The notes beneath the pieces were generated by a model. That model ran no database searches, was not told where the DNA came from, and worked only from the letters and a program-made list of their open reading frames with translations. Position numbers and translations under genes: made by a program. From Nitrospirota bacterium (GTDB taxonomy: Bacteria; Nitrospirota; UBA9217), in assembly GCA_963741205.1 (NCBI GenBank), contig CAVUHW010000031.1, forward strand, positions 78,008 through 142,007: DNA of 64,000 nucleotides, read 5' to 3'. Positions 10,780 to 22,706 of this stretch are shown here, piece after piece (position 1 is the first letter of the stretch; every line of letters begins with the position of its first letter).

Positions 10780-11272
10780 ATGGTCACGATTAGAGACCTG
10801 CTGCAGGACGACCTGATCATCGAGGAAATTGAGTCAACGGACAAGACGGGGGTGCTCCGCGAGTTCGCCCGGCTTTTGAAAGAACGGGGCCGGGTCGTAA
10901 ATGAGGAGGAACTTCTGCGGGTCCTGACCGAGCGGGAAATGCTCGGCAGCACCGGAATCGGCGACGGCGTCGCAATCCCGCACGGCAAATTGAACAGCAT
11001 CCCCGAGATGATCGTCGCATTCGGCAGATCTCGAAGAGGAGTCGAGTATCAATCACTTGATGCGAAGCCGGTTTTTCTTTTTTTTCTGCTCGTGACGCCC
11101 GCTGACAAGCCCGGCGACCATCTGAAGACCCTGGCGCGCATTTCCCGGATATTGAAAAATCCCGGTCTGCGGGCGGACCTGAAGCAGGCTTCTCATCGAC
11201 AGGATATCCAGAGGCTCATATATCGAAGAAGACAGCAAATATCCCCAGCCTCAGCCGCTGGCTCAAAAATGA
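10780..11272 (+). CDS. ptsN: PTS EIIA(Ntr)
   Basis: REMLGSTGIGDGVAIPHGK phospho-His motif, HLKTLARISR; inferred end EEDSKYPQPQPLAQK* overlaps the hprK ATG. Confidence 0.92.
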
Positions 11273-12157
11273 AGGTTACGGTCAAGGAACTGACGGCGTT
11301 CGCGAAAGTGCTTGCGGGCCGTCAAGGCCTGGGAAGGCGGATCGCGTCGGCGCAGGTCGTCGCTCCTGAGCTGAACGCGCTTGCCGCATGGACCGGGCCC
11401 GGCGTCGTGCAGTGTTGCATATTCGTCCGGGGCAAATCGCCTTATCTGTGCTCGCTTCCTCCCGAGGACCTAGGCGCGCCGTGCGCGGCCTGATGCGTCA
11501 AAAGCCGGCCTGTATCGTGGTCAGCGGAGGGACCGTTTGCAAGGAACTTCTCGACGGGGCGGAGTCTTCCGGAATTCCCGTCCTGAAGACGCGGGAACGT
11601 GCCTCGACTGACCCGGCTGCTGACGACGCGGCTGGCCTCCCAAATCAGCGTGCACGGCGTGCTGGTCCAGATATTCGGCCTCGGCACCCTCATCATCGGC
11701 GAGAGCGCCGTCGGCAAGAGCGAGGCGGCCCTCGATCTCGTTCTTCGCGGTCATAAGCTGACCGCGGATGATATGGTCGTCCTCGAGAAGAACGACGATG
11801 AAATCAACGGCAAAGCCGACCGAACTGGGAGAGAACCTGCTGCAGATCCGTGGGCTGGGGATCATCGACGTCCGGGCGCTCTACGGAGAATCGGCGACGG
11901 TGAATTCCTCCCGGGTCGGCCTCGTCGTCGAGCTGGAGGAATGGCAGAAAGGCCATCACTACAGTCTGGTCGGTCTGCGCGAACGGCGGTATCGTCTCCT
12001 CGGCGTCAATCTGCCTTATCTGAAATTGCCGGTCAAACCTGGCAGGAACATGGCCACGCTCATTGAAGTCGCGGCGAGGAACCAGATTCTGAAGAACCGG
12101 GGCGTCTACACGGCGCGGGAGCTGGACAAGCGGCTCCGGAAGAGACTTGCGGGATGA
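11269..12157 (+). CDS. hprK: HPr(Ser) kinase/phosphorylase (apparent frameshifts)
   Basis: VHGVLV, GESAVGKSE, HKLTADD, IRGLGIIDV, LPVKPGRNMATLIEVAARN. Confidence 0.92.
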
Positions 12158-12220
12158 ATCCCCGCTGCTATCATGCGGGGACAGGCTTTGGTGAGGAGCT
12201 TTGGAGAAAGGCATTGTTAG

Positions 12221-13085
12221 GTGAATCGGGCGCGCATCATCGTGGTGACGGGGCTTTCCGGATCCGGCAGGAGCGCCGCGCTGAAGGATTTCGAGGACAT
12301 CGGGTATTACTGCGTCGATAACCTCCCCCTTGCGCTTCTTCCCGCCTTCCTTGAGTTTGCGGAGCGAACGGAAGAGGCGCTCGCGCTCGGCGATCGGAAT
12401 CGACATCAGGGAAAAGGGATTCACCGACCGCTTCCCCGCGCTGTACGGCGAGCTCAAGGCCCGCGGCTTCGGCATCGAACTCATTTTTCTGGACTCCTCC
12501 GACCAGGCACTTGTGCGGCGGTTCAGTGAAACACGGAGGCCGCATCCGCTGGCACGGGGCGCGACCCCGCTGCTCGACGGCATCCGGAGAGAACGGGAAG
12601 CCCTCGGCGAGGTCAAGAAGCTCGCCGACCGGATCATCGATACAACGGATTATACGGTCCATGATCTGCGCCAGGTCATCGAGCGCCACTATGCCGAGAC
12701 AGACGCGGGCAGGCCCATGGTGATAACACTCGTCACCTTCGGTTACAAGTTCGGCATTCCCTACGACCTGGACCTGCTTTTCGATCTGCGCTTTCTGCCG
12801 AACCCTCATTTTGTCCCGGACCTACGCCCTCTGACAGGCGAAGACGCCAGGATCAGGGAATACATCATGGCCGGGCCCGATGCCGCTGAGTTTCTCGCCC
12901 GCCTCCTGGGGTTTCTCGACTATCTCCTGCCGCGGTACCGGCGCGAGGGGAAGAGTTACCTGACCGTCGGCTTCGGTTGCACGGGCGGGAGGCACCGCTC
13001 GGTGGCCCTCGCCCTCCTGATCGCGGAACAACTCCGGGAAAAGGGATATGACGTGAACGTGAAACATCGGGACATCGGGGAATAA
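12221..13085 (+). CDS. rapZ: RNase adapter RapZ (YvcJ family; one apparent frameshift)
   Basis: [49 protein letters not shown]. Confidence 0.95.
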
Positions 13086-13089
13086 AGAA

Positions 13090-13172
13090 ATTTTGGATTG
13101 CGGATTGAAAACCGTGGGGCGAACCAGATTTCAAATCCGCAATCGGCAATTCGAAATCCGCAATCCGAAATC
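13090..13172. repeat. Heptamer-periodic inverted element (ATTGCGG / AATCCGC)
   Basis: Left arm ATTTTGG ATTGCGG ATTG; right arm AATCCGC AATCGGC AATTCGA AATCCGC AATCCGA AATC. Confidence 0.75.
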
Positions 13173-13189
13173 AAAAAGGAGATTCATGC

Positions 13190-13591
13190 ATGATCGGACT
13201 CGTGGTGGTGTGTCATGAGGATATGGGCGCCGAACTGGTGAAGGCCGCGGAGATGATCGTCGGCAAGATCGAAGCCGTGGCGACGGTGAGCGTCAAGCAG
13301 GAGAGCGCGCCGGAAACTCTCAGGGACGAGATACAGTCCGCCATAAAAAAAGTCGACCGGAAAAAAGGCATCATGCTGTTGACGGACATGTTCGGCGGAA
13401 CGCCGTCCAACATCGCCCTCGCCTTTCTCGGGGAGACCACGGAAGTGGTCACGGGCGTCAACCTGTCGATGCTCATCAAATTCGCGAATCACCGGGACGA
13501 GAAGCAACTGCCCGAACTGGCCAAACTCGTGCAGGAAGCGGCGCAGAAAAGCATCGTGATCGCCAGTCAGATACTGAAGGGGAAAAAATAA
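13190..13591 (+). CDS. PTS mannose-family EIIA
   Basis: MIGLVVVCH, LTDMFGGTPSN, VTGVNLSML. Confidence 0.92.
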   Translation: MIGLVVVCHEDMGAELVKAAEMIVGKIEAVATVSVKQESAPETLRDEIQSAIKKVDRKKGIMLLTDMFGGTPSNIALAFLGETTEVVTGVNLSMLIKFANHRDEKQLPELAKLVQEAAQKSIVIASQILKGKK

Positions 13592-13598
13592 GAGCAGC

Positions 13599-14091
13599 AT
13601 GATCGTCCTTATCCGGATAGACGACCGCCTGATCCATGGTCAGCTCGTGGAAGGGCTGGGTGAATTATTTAAAGGCGAACTGCGTCCTGGTCGCCAATGA
13701 CGCCGTCGCGTCGAACACCCTTCAGCGCTCCATCATGGAAATGTCGGCGCCGCAGGGGTTGAAGGTATTCATCGGCACCGTCGAGGAGGTCTGCGGCCGG
13801 TCTCGCGCGGCGGGTCAGGATGCCGAGCACGCCATCGTGGTATTTTCGAACCCTGTTGACGTCCTCCGCGCCCTGGATGCCGGGATGGAATGCCGGACTC
13901 TGAATATCGGCGGGATGCACTACGTGCCGGGAAAACGCAAGCTTATGGATGTCCTCGCAGTGAACGACGCGGACCTAGAAGCCCTGAGGGCGATCTCGGA
14001 CAGGGGAGTGAAGATCGATATCCAGGCCGTGCCGACACAACGGCCGATGCCGCTGGAAAAGATCCTGGAAGCCTGTGAGCTAAAAAAATAG
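13599..14091 (+). CDS. PTS mannose-family EIIB (one apparent frameshift)
   Basis: MIVLIRIDDRLIHGQ, LVAND, LNIGGM. Confidence 0.9.
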
Positions 14092-14092
14092 C

Positions 14093-14191
14093 AGTTTGAA
14101 GTTCAAAGTTCAGAGTTAAAAGTTGAAACGTAAAGATGTACGTGAACTAAGTTCTCAGCACGCTGAACTCGGAACTTCGAAACTCTCAACT
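14093..14191. repeat. Heptamer-periodic inverted element (AGTTNNN / AACTNNN)
   Basis: AGTTTGA AGTTCAA AGTTCAG AGTTAAA AGTTGAA ... AACTCGG AACTTCGA AACTCTC AACT. Confidence 0.72.
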
Positions 14192-14205
14192 GACGTTGGT
14201 TTTCT

Positions 14206-14985
14206 ATGCCCGTTTTCGACACACATATGCTCCTTGCCGTCCTCGGCGTCGCCGTGATAGGCGGGATCATCGGACTCGACCGGACCGCCGCCGGACAGTT
14301 CATGATCTCTCAGCCCATTGTCGCGGCCCCTTTCACGGGGTGGGTCCTCGGGGACACGACCGCCGGGATGGTCATCGGAGCGGCGCTTGAATTGATCTGG
14401 GTGCTCGACATCCCCGTAGGCTCGTTTGTACCGGCGGACTCGACGATCGGCGCCATATCGGCCACGGCGGCCGCGGCCCTCGGAAGCCCCGGGGGCGCGC
14501 CGCTGCCGGTCATCGGTTTCAGCCTTCTTCTGACGACCGCGATGGTGCCGGTCACCATGAAGGCGGAAGATCTGGTCCGGTCATGGAACTCCGCCCTTTC
14601 CGACCGGGTTCTGGCCGTTCCGGGAGAGAGCAGGGGGCGGGCCCTGACCCGGGCACAGTCTGCCGGCCTTGCGTTTTTTTTTCTGAAATCGTTTGCGCTC
14701 TATGTTATTTTCATCCCGCTGGGGGTGGGGGCCCTCGTGATTTTCGGACATGTCCCCGACGCCATCCAGAGGGCGCTGTCCCTGTTCGTCAAACTGCTCC
14801 CCGTGCTCGGGGTGGCGCTGGTCGTGCGCAAGCTGTCGGTGAAGGCCTTCGATCGGTTTTTTTTCATCGGCTTTGCGGCCGCCGCAATCTTCGGACTGGT
14901 AAACCGCCTGCCGGCGCTCACCGTGCTGATGCTCGTTGCGACCGCGGGGTGGCTGGGTGCGAGATACCATGAACGACAGCCGTAA
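14206..14985 (+). CDS. PTS mannose-family EIIC
   Basis: GLDRTAAGQFMISQPIVA, GAALELIW..IPVGSFVP; multiple TMs. Confidence 0.88.
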   Translation: MPVFDTHMLLAVLGVAVIGGIIGLDRTAAGQFMISQPIVAAPFTGWVLGDTTAGMVIGAALELIWVLDIPVGSFVPADSTIGAISATAAAALGSPGGAPLPVIGFSLLLTTAMVPVTMKAEDLVRSWNSALSDRVLAVPGESRGRALTRAQSAGLAFFFLKSFALYVIFIPLGVGALVIFGHVPDAIQRALSLFVKLLPVLGVALVVRKLSVKAFDRFFFIGFAAAAIFGLVNRLPALTVLMLVATAGWLGARYHERQP

Positions 14986-15749
14986 GATCATAGGAATTTT
15001 CGACCTGTTCGCCGTCTTCCGGCGGGCCTTGCTGATCCAGGCGTCGTGGAGTTTCGACAAGATGCAGACCCTCGGGTTTGCCTACGCCATGGAACCGGCG
15101 CTTAGGAAACTCTATCCGGAGCAGGCCGAATATGAAGAGCGCCTGAAGGCGCACCTTGAATATTTCAACACACAGCCGTATTTCGCCTCGTTCATCATCG
15201 GCGCGTCAGTGCGGCTGGAAGAGGAGCGGGCAACGGGCAGGAACACCGCGCCGGACGTGTCCGGTCTCAAGGCGGCGCTCATGGCGCCGCTCGGCGCCCT
15301 CGGTGACAGCTTATTCTGGGGGGCGCTCAAGCCGCTGGCGGCGGCGACGGCGGCGGCCGCGCTCATGACCGGGTCCTGGTGGGCGCCGTTCCTCTTCCTT
15401 GCGATCTTCAACCTCTGGCATCTCAGGCCTCAGGATGGGGATGCTGTTCTGGGGCTATGCAAGCGGTGGGGACGCCGTTGCGCTCATGGGGAAATACCAC
15501 TTTACGAAAATGGCGAAGCGTTTTAAACTGATGTCGTTGTGCATCCTCGGCGGCATTCTCGGCATGATGCCCTTCTGGCGGCCGGAGTTCAAACCCTCGT
15601 TTCGCGCCCCCGGTTTTGTGATGTCGCTGTCGGCGATGGTTCTCACGCTCGGTTTGATCGCAATCATGAGGAGAAGCGGGTCGCCGGTTAAACTCATGCT
15701 GGCGTTGGCCGCCCTCTGTATCGCCCTCGCGTATGCGGGCGTGGTGTAA
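14969..15749 (+). CDS. PTS mannose-family EIID (one apparent frameshift)
   Basis: QASWSFDKMQTLG, HLEYFNTQPY, MAPLGALGDSLFW. Confidence 0.9.
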
Positions 15750-15789
15750 TGCATCGTCCCTGATCCGGTTTTGAGAAAGGCGTTTTCAG

Positions 15790-16060
15790 ATGAAGGAAAA
15801 AGATCTCGTAATCGAAAACAAGCTCGGCCTCCATGCGCGGGCGGCGGCGCAGATCGTGAGGACCGCCAGCGCGTATACTTCCAAGCGTCATTCTCGCGAA
15901 GGACGGCATGGAAGTCGACGGCAAGAGCATCATGGGAATCATGATGCTTGCGGCGGCAAAGGGGAGCAGCGTCACCGTCCAGGCGCAGGGGGACGATGAA
16001 GGACAGGCGCTCGCGGGGCTCGAACAACTCTTCAAGGACAAGTTCGGGGAAAAGGAATAG
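15790..16060 (+). CDS. ptsH: Phosphocarrier HPr (one apparent frameshift)
   Basis: NKLGLHARAA (His15) and VDGKSIMGIMMLAA (Ser46). Confidence 0.93.
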
Positions 16061-16112
16061 TTCAGAGTACAAGGAACGGAGTAAGGAGTTAGGGGTTAAT
16101 CGGGAAATAATT

Positions 16113-17869
16113 ATGCACGAGAAAATCTACAGGGGAATCGTCGCGTCGCCGGGCATCGTGATCGGAAGGGCGTATCTTCTCGACCGGCGCAAGGTGGTCG
16201 TCGCGGGCAAGCGGATCGAGGACGTCAGCGTCAAGGACGAGGTCGCCCGGTTTAAAAAGGCGGTGGAGGTTTCCAAGGTCCAGCTTGAGGACCTGAAGAA
16301 GCGGATCAGCAAGGGCCTCGGAAAGTCCCACCTCTATATCCTCGAGACGCACATCATGCTGCTCGAAGACAAGATGCTCGTCGACGGCACGATCAAGCGG
16401 ATCAAGGAATCGCTCCTGAACGCCGAGGGCGCGCTCAAGGAAACCATTGCCGCGATCGAGACTCAAGTTCGACAGCATCGAGGATGAATACCTCCGCGAT
16501 CGAAAGCAAGATGTGGAACAGGTGGGCGAGCGCGTGCTCCGGAACCTGGTCGGCCACAAACAGGAGAGCCTGGCGGACATCAAGGAAGAGGCCATCATCA
16601 TTGCGCACGACCTGGCCCCCACCGACACCCTGATGATGCGGAAGGACAAGATCCTCGGGTTTGCCACCGACGCCGGCAGCCGGACCTCCCATACGGCCAT
16701 CCTGGCGCGCTCGCTCGGACTCCCCGCCGCGGTGGGTCTCGAAAATATCACGGCGTCCGTCAAGACCGGCGATGTCGTGATCCTGGACGGCATCCACGGA
16801 GTGGTGATCGTCGATCCCGACGAGGAGACGTTCCTCGACTATCTCAAGAAGCAGCGAAAGTACAAGTATTTCGAACAGGAGCTCGAAAAGCTTAAGACGC
16901 TTCCGGCCGAGACCCTGGACGGCCACGTCGTGTATCTGCAGGGAAACATCGAGCTGCCTGAGGAAGCGACTTCCGCGATGGAGCACGGCGGGACCGGTAT
17001 CGGCCTCTACCGCACGGAGTTCCTGTTCCTGAACCGGCAGACCCTGCCCACGGAGGAGGAGCACTACAGGGCCTATCGACATGTGGCGGAGCGGGCGGCG
17101 CCGCACGAAGTGGTCATCCGGACCCTGGACGTGGGAGGGGACAAGATCGACACAGCCGTAGGGTTCGAGAAAGAGGCCAACCCCGCGCTTGGACTGCGGG
17201 CGATCAGGTTCTGTCTACGAAAGAGGGATATTTTCCGCACCCAGCTTCGCGGCATCCTCAGGGCCTCGGTCCACGGCAACATCAAAATCCTGATCCCGAT
17301 GATCTCCGGGCTGACGGAACTGTACGAGACGAAGAAGATCCTCGAAGAGGTGAAGGTCGAACTCCGTGCCGAGGGCCTTCCTTTCAACGAGGCCGCGCCG
17401 GTCGGCGTGATGATCGAGATCCCGTCGGCGGCCTTGATAGCCGACCTGCTCGCCCGGGAAGTCGATTTCTTCAGCGTCGGGACCAACGATCTCATCCAGT
17501 ACACGCTCGCCATCGACCGGCTGAACGAACATGTCGCGTACATGTACGAACCGCTCGATCCCGCGGTGCTGCGCCTGCTCCAGCGCGTCTCCGAAGCGGC
17601 CCACCACGAGCAAGATCCCGCTTGCCATGTGCGGCGAGATGGCCGGAGACCCGCTCTATGCGGCGATTCTCCTGGGCATGGGGTTCCAGTACCTCAGCAT
17701 GAACGTGGCATCGATCCCCTGGATCAAAAAAGTCGTCCGGTCGGTCCGGATGCAGGACGCAGTCGAGCTGGCTTCGCTCGTCATGCTGCAGCCGACGGCC
17801 GCGCTGGCCAGGAAAACTGCCGAGAATTTCATGGAAGAACGGTTCCCGGACCTGATGGCGGAGATGTGA
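16113..17869 (+). CDS. ptsI: PEP-protein phosphotransferase, enzyme I (no N-terminal GAF; apparent frameshifts)
   Basis: [45 protein letters not shown]. Confidence 0.95.
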
Positions 17870-17902
17870 AACAAGTTGGGTAACTGAACGGACAGGTTAC
17901 GG

Positions 17903-18026
17903 AACCACGGAGTCTCGCGCGGACGCGAGACACACAGAGGGAGGCTGATGCGGAACGGGCTTTCCCCCTCCGGAGAACCCATTCAGGATTTAGTTTTTAC
18001 CGTGTGCGCAGAATGCGCCCGTGGTT
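17903..18026. mobile_element. ~124-bp MITE-like element with AACCACGG...CCGTGGTT terminal inverted repeats
   Basis: Perfect 8-bp terminal inverted repeats and internal hairpins; sister element at 28643. Confidence 0.5.
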
Positions 18027-18080
18027 GTATAGTCTTGTTTGACCGCGGTTGGAGACCGCTTTACAGAAAAGGAGTGCAGC

Positions 18081-19271
18081 GTGCAGAACATGGAAACACA
18101 GACGGGGGAGTGCGCACCGGGCGCCGAAGAAGCGCCGCGCGAAGCCAGGGTCCACGGCGGAAATATCTACCAGGCGGCAAAGCAGCTACGACCTGAAGGC
18201 GGGAAGGATCATCGATTTCAGCTCGAACGTAAACCCCCTTGGGCCCTCATCCCTGGCAAAGCGGGCAGCCAAGAAAGGCGATTTCCGTCATTGACCGCTA
18301 TCCGGACCCGGAGACGGGAGAACTCCGGAGGGCCATCGCGCGCTATTTCGGCATCAAGGGATCGCAGGTCGCCTGCGGAAACGGCTCGAACGGCCTGATC
18401 CATCTTATCCCGCGGGTATTCAGGCCCCGGAAAGTCCTGGTCCCGGTCCCGACATTCACGGAATACGCCGCGGCGGCGGAGGATGCCGGCGCGGAGGTCG
18501 TGACCGTTTCGCTCAAGGAGCGCGACGGATTTCGCATGGACCCCGTGGAAATTTCTTTCGCCCTCAAGGGTGTGGACATGGCGTTTCTGTGCAACCCGAA
18601 CAATCCCACCGGCCAGGTCCATTTCGAAGAACGAGATGCTCGAACTCATGAACTATGCGCTTCAGAACGGAGTGACCCTGGTCGTGGACGAGGCGTTCAT
18701 GGATTTCATGGAGTCCGAATCGATCCTCAAGGAGGCCGTCCAGGCGACGAACATCATCTGCCTCCGGGCGTTCACCAAGTTTTTCGGCATGCCGGGGCTG
18801 CGCGTCGGGTACGCCGTGTCCGACGAGGCGACCATCGCCGCCCTGCGGCAGGGGCCAGGAACCCTGGACCGTGAGCATACCCGCGGAGCAGGCCGCGATC
18901 GCCGCGCTGACGGACTGGGGGCACAGCCAAGAAGACGCGCCGACTCATCGAGAAGGAGCGAGACCGGCTGCTCGAAGAACTCCGTCTGCTGCCCGGCGTT
19001 GAGACATTTCCGGGCGCCGCGAACTTCATCCTCATCAAATTCGCCAAGGCAGACACGCATCAGATCAGGGAGAAACTCGGCTGTCCGCGGCATACTCGTG
19101 CGCGACTGCTCTACCTTTCCCGGCCTCGACAGCCGGTATATCAGGATCGCGGTCAGGACCAGGCGCGAGAACAGCCGGCTCATCAGGGCGCTCAGGAAAT
19201 TGCTGATTCCGAAGTCCAAGGGAATCACCTGGCCGTGGAAAAAACAGAAACCCGCGGAACCCGCCGGTTAG
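18081..19271 (+). CDS. cobD: L-threonine-O-3-phosphate decarboxylase CobD / HisC-like PLP enzyme (apparent frameshifts)
   Basis: HGGNIY, DFSSNVNPLG, CNPNNPTG, DEAFMDF, TKFFGMPGLRVGY, ILVRDCSTF. Confidence 0.85.
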
Positions 19272-19646
19272 ACATTTCATTGCCTCACCCTTCGTCCTGT
19301 TTCTGAACAGACGTCAACCCTCCGGCGTAGGCCCCCACAACGCCGTTTTACTGCACCCACCCGTTTCGGGTAGTTCCCATCCATTTTAAATTACCGTATC
19401 GCTTAGTGGCACATTGTCCGAAGATATTAATTTTACGTATGGAATTGAATACATCCCAGTGAAATAACCCTAATTTCTTTTTTAGCGATATTGCATTGCA
19501 ACTATTCATAATTGTTCAGTTATAACCTCTGAAATTTCCTGTATCAGCCTTAAGTTGCAGGAAATATTGCTAATTAGACGTCACCGTCGCAGATTGAAGA
19601 ATCTTATTTTATTATTAAAATCAACATTATCGAAAACATAGCATGG

Positions 19647-19662
19647 TGGCACCAGTATTGCA
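19647..19662 (+). promoter_or_regulatory. Sigma-54 (-24/-12) promoter
   Basis: TGGCAC-cagta-TTGCA, exact consensus and spacing, in the AT-rich region upstream of 19917. Confidence 0.8.
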
Positions 19663-19916
19663 CAATATTCTGCAATGGACTCTCAGAAACATATCTAATT
19701 GATTGATCTTTAATATCTTAGACAGGAGCATAACTTTTATCTTGTGTTCATCGTATCGCTAGAGTTAAACTGTTATATTCTGTATTTTTATGCTTTATAT
19801 TTCGTGATCCGGAGATAAAAGATTTTGTTAAGAATGAGCCCTGCAGCGAACGTCAAAAAAGGAAACGTTCAGCGCATCAAGCATAATAACTTCGGTTCGA
19901 ATATTCGGAGGGCTGC

Positions 19917-22585
19917 ATGAAAAAAACTTGGCATTATCTGTTGACGGTGCCAATCATAATCGGGCTTGCAACATTGTTCAGCGCTTGCGGTGGTGGCGGT
20001 GGCGGCGGTGCTGTCAATGGTGGTGTTCCTGGCGGTGTCGGTGGAAATTCTGCTCCAACTATCATAACCGGGCGTGTCGTCGATGGGTTCGTTGCGGGAG
20101 CCACGGTAACTGCCTATCAAGTAAGTGCCGACGGAACCCAGGGGGCGCAAATCGGAGCACCCGTTACGACCGATCAACTTGGAAACTATTCCCTTAATCT
20201 GGGTACTTACACCGGGCCTGTCTATTTGACCAGCCAGGGAGGAACCTATATTGACGCGGCGACGGGAAATACGATCGATTTAACCAATTCTCCGCTGATA
20301 TTATCTGCGATCGTGCCGAATGCCTCGGGAAATGTGACTGCCGAGATCAGTCCTTTGACCACCATGGCAGCTAATGTGGCATTGACCTTGACCAGCAAGG
20401 GGAGTGACGTGGCGACCGCGGCGACCGGCGCAAACGCGGCGATTTCGAATTATTTCGGACTTTCGAGCGATATTCTATCTACGGCATTACTGGACCTGAC
20501 CAGTGCTAATTGCATGCAAGGAGCCAGTCAACAAAGCGCGGATGTCAGCGCGATCCTCGCCGGGATCTCGCAATTGGCAAAGAACTACGGAGTGAGCCCG
20601 CCTGACCTCGTTGCCGCCCTCGTCCAGGATGTGACGTCTGATGGACTGTTCGACGGGTTGGCCAGCGGGGCAATCATTTCCGTGGTCTCATCCGTGACCG
20701 GTCAGATACCGTTATCCTTGATCGAAGGGCCTCCCGGGCTCACGGGATTGGCAAACGCAATTACCACCTTCATGACCACGGCTTCCTCCAACGTTTGCGG
20801 GGCGACGGTGGACCCGGGCGTTATCTCCGCTGTATCGACTGCGAACACGAACATATTTACGCCCCCGCCTGCGCCTACAGGAGTTCAGGCCACATCGAAA
20901 TATGGAGCCGCCGCAGTCAGCTGGAATGCCGTGACGCTTGCGACATCCTATAATCTTTACATGGCAACGTCGCCCGGGGTCACGCCAACTTCGACCCAGC
21001 TGCCGGGGTTCATGATCATCCGGAATGTGACCAGTCCATCCGTTTTTTCAATGGGCCTGGCGAGCGCTACCTATTATTTCGTAGTGACAGCGGTCAGCGG
21101 GACATCACCATTTGCAGGATACGAAAGTGCACCTTCGGCCGAAGCATCGACGACCGTCACCGCCAACACGCAGCTGGCTCGAACCTTGGCGGCAGGAAGT
21201 AATCAGTCATCATTCAGCAGCGTATCCGCAATAGCGGCTCAGTGTATGCCGCAGGAAGTATCGCTGGTACCGGCACCTATGACTTCGGCAACGGCCAAAC
21301 TGCCACGGGAACGTTCGGTGGTTATAACAGTGCACTGGTGAAATACGACAGCGCCGGCGTTGCCCAATGGGCTCGAACCGTGACGGCAGGAAGTGATCAG
21401 TCATCATTCGAAAGCGTAGCAGCGGCACCAGACGGTTCGGCGGTATACGCCGCTGGATATATCACTGGAACAGGCACTTATAATTTCGGCAACACCGTAA
21501 CCGTCACAGGGGCGTTCCAGAGGGACGTACAATAGCGATAACCTTGTACTGGTGAAATATGACAGCGCCGGCAATGCGCAGTGGGCTCAAACCGTGACAG
21601 GAACGGGAATTAATTACTCGGCATATAATAGCGTAGCCGTGGCATCAGATGGTTCGGTGTACGCTGCGGGATATATCGGAGCCGGCACCTATAACTTCGG
21701 CAACAGCGTAACCGTCACAGGGATGAACATTGGCTTTAACATTGTACTGGTGAAATATGACAGCTCCGGCAACGCGCAGTGGGCAAAAACCGTGACGGCG
21801 GGAAATAATTATTCGTACTTCTACAGCGTAGCCGCGGCACCAGATGGCTCCGTGTACGCCGCGGGATTTATCGCTGGGTCCGGCCTCTATGGCTTCGGTA
21901 ACAGCATTACCTCACAGGGGGCATCCAGCCTCTCCAATAACGCTGTACTGGTGAAATATGACAGCGCCGGCAATGCGCAGTGGGCTCAAACCGTGACGGC
22001 GGGAAGTGATGAGTCAATATTCTACAGCGTAGCCGCGGCATCGGACGGATCGGTGTACGCCGCAGGATATGTCACGGGAACGGGCACCTATAATTTCGGA
22101 AACAGCAAAGCCGTCACTGGAGCGTTCACTGGCGATAATCTTGTGCTGGTGAAATATGACAGCTCCGGCAAGGCGCAGTGGGCTCAAACCGTGACAAGGG
22201 GAGGCGGCTGCCTCACGGTTCTACAGCGTATCCGCGGCACCGGACGGTTCGGTGTACGCCGCCGGATATATCTCTGAAACCGGCACCTATAGCTTCGGCA
22301 ACGGCGTGATCGCGGCAGGGACGTCTTTAAATTCCTTTGTCCTGGTGAAATATGACAGCACCGGTCTTGCGCAGTGGGCTCAGACCGCGGTGGGAGGAAA
22401 TGACGACTCGATCTTCTATGGTGTATCCGTGGCACCGGACAACACGGTGTACGGCGCGGGATCTATCTCGGGAACCGGCGCCTATAACTTCGGCAACAAT
22501 GTAACCGCCGCCGGGACGGGTCGGGGGCGACAACATCGTGCTGGTGAAATACAACGGCTTCGGGGGTATATCATTGTCCTGGTGA
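19917..22585 (+). CDS. Large Gly/Thr/Ser-rich lipoprotein with Fn3 domain and ~7-repeat beta-propeller (several apparent frameshifts)
   Basis: Lipobox LFSAC + GGGGGGG; GRVVDGFVAGATVTAY; Fn3 WNAVTLATSYNLY; seven VKYD/N repeats; inferred end GGISLSW*. Confidence 0.8.
21165..22560 (+). repeat. Intragenic tandem repeats of ~195-215 bp (beta-propeller blades)
   Basis: GTGAAATA(C/T)(G/A)AC at ~21338, 21552, 21750, 21951, 22149, 22345, 22544, with clear DNA-level similarity between units. Confidence 0.85.
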
Positions 22586-22706
22586 ACTATTCTGCTAAAA
22601 GGAGGGTCGCCAAGGCGGCATATACTCCAACCACGCAGGATCTTCACTGTGTAATCTCTTGCTGAAATTTTACATTAGTACTACTTTAAAAAAAGGAGGA
22701 TACGTC

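Noticed and set aside
10780-11493. PtsN-HprK fusion ORF
   Set aside because: An indel near 11220 explains it; an ATGA stop/start overlap at 11269-11272 marks the normal boundary
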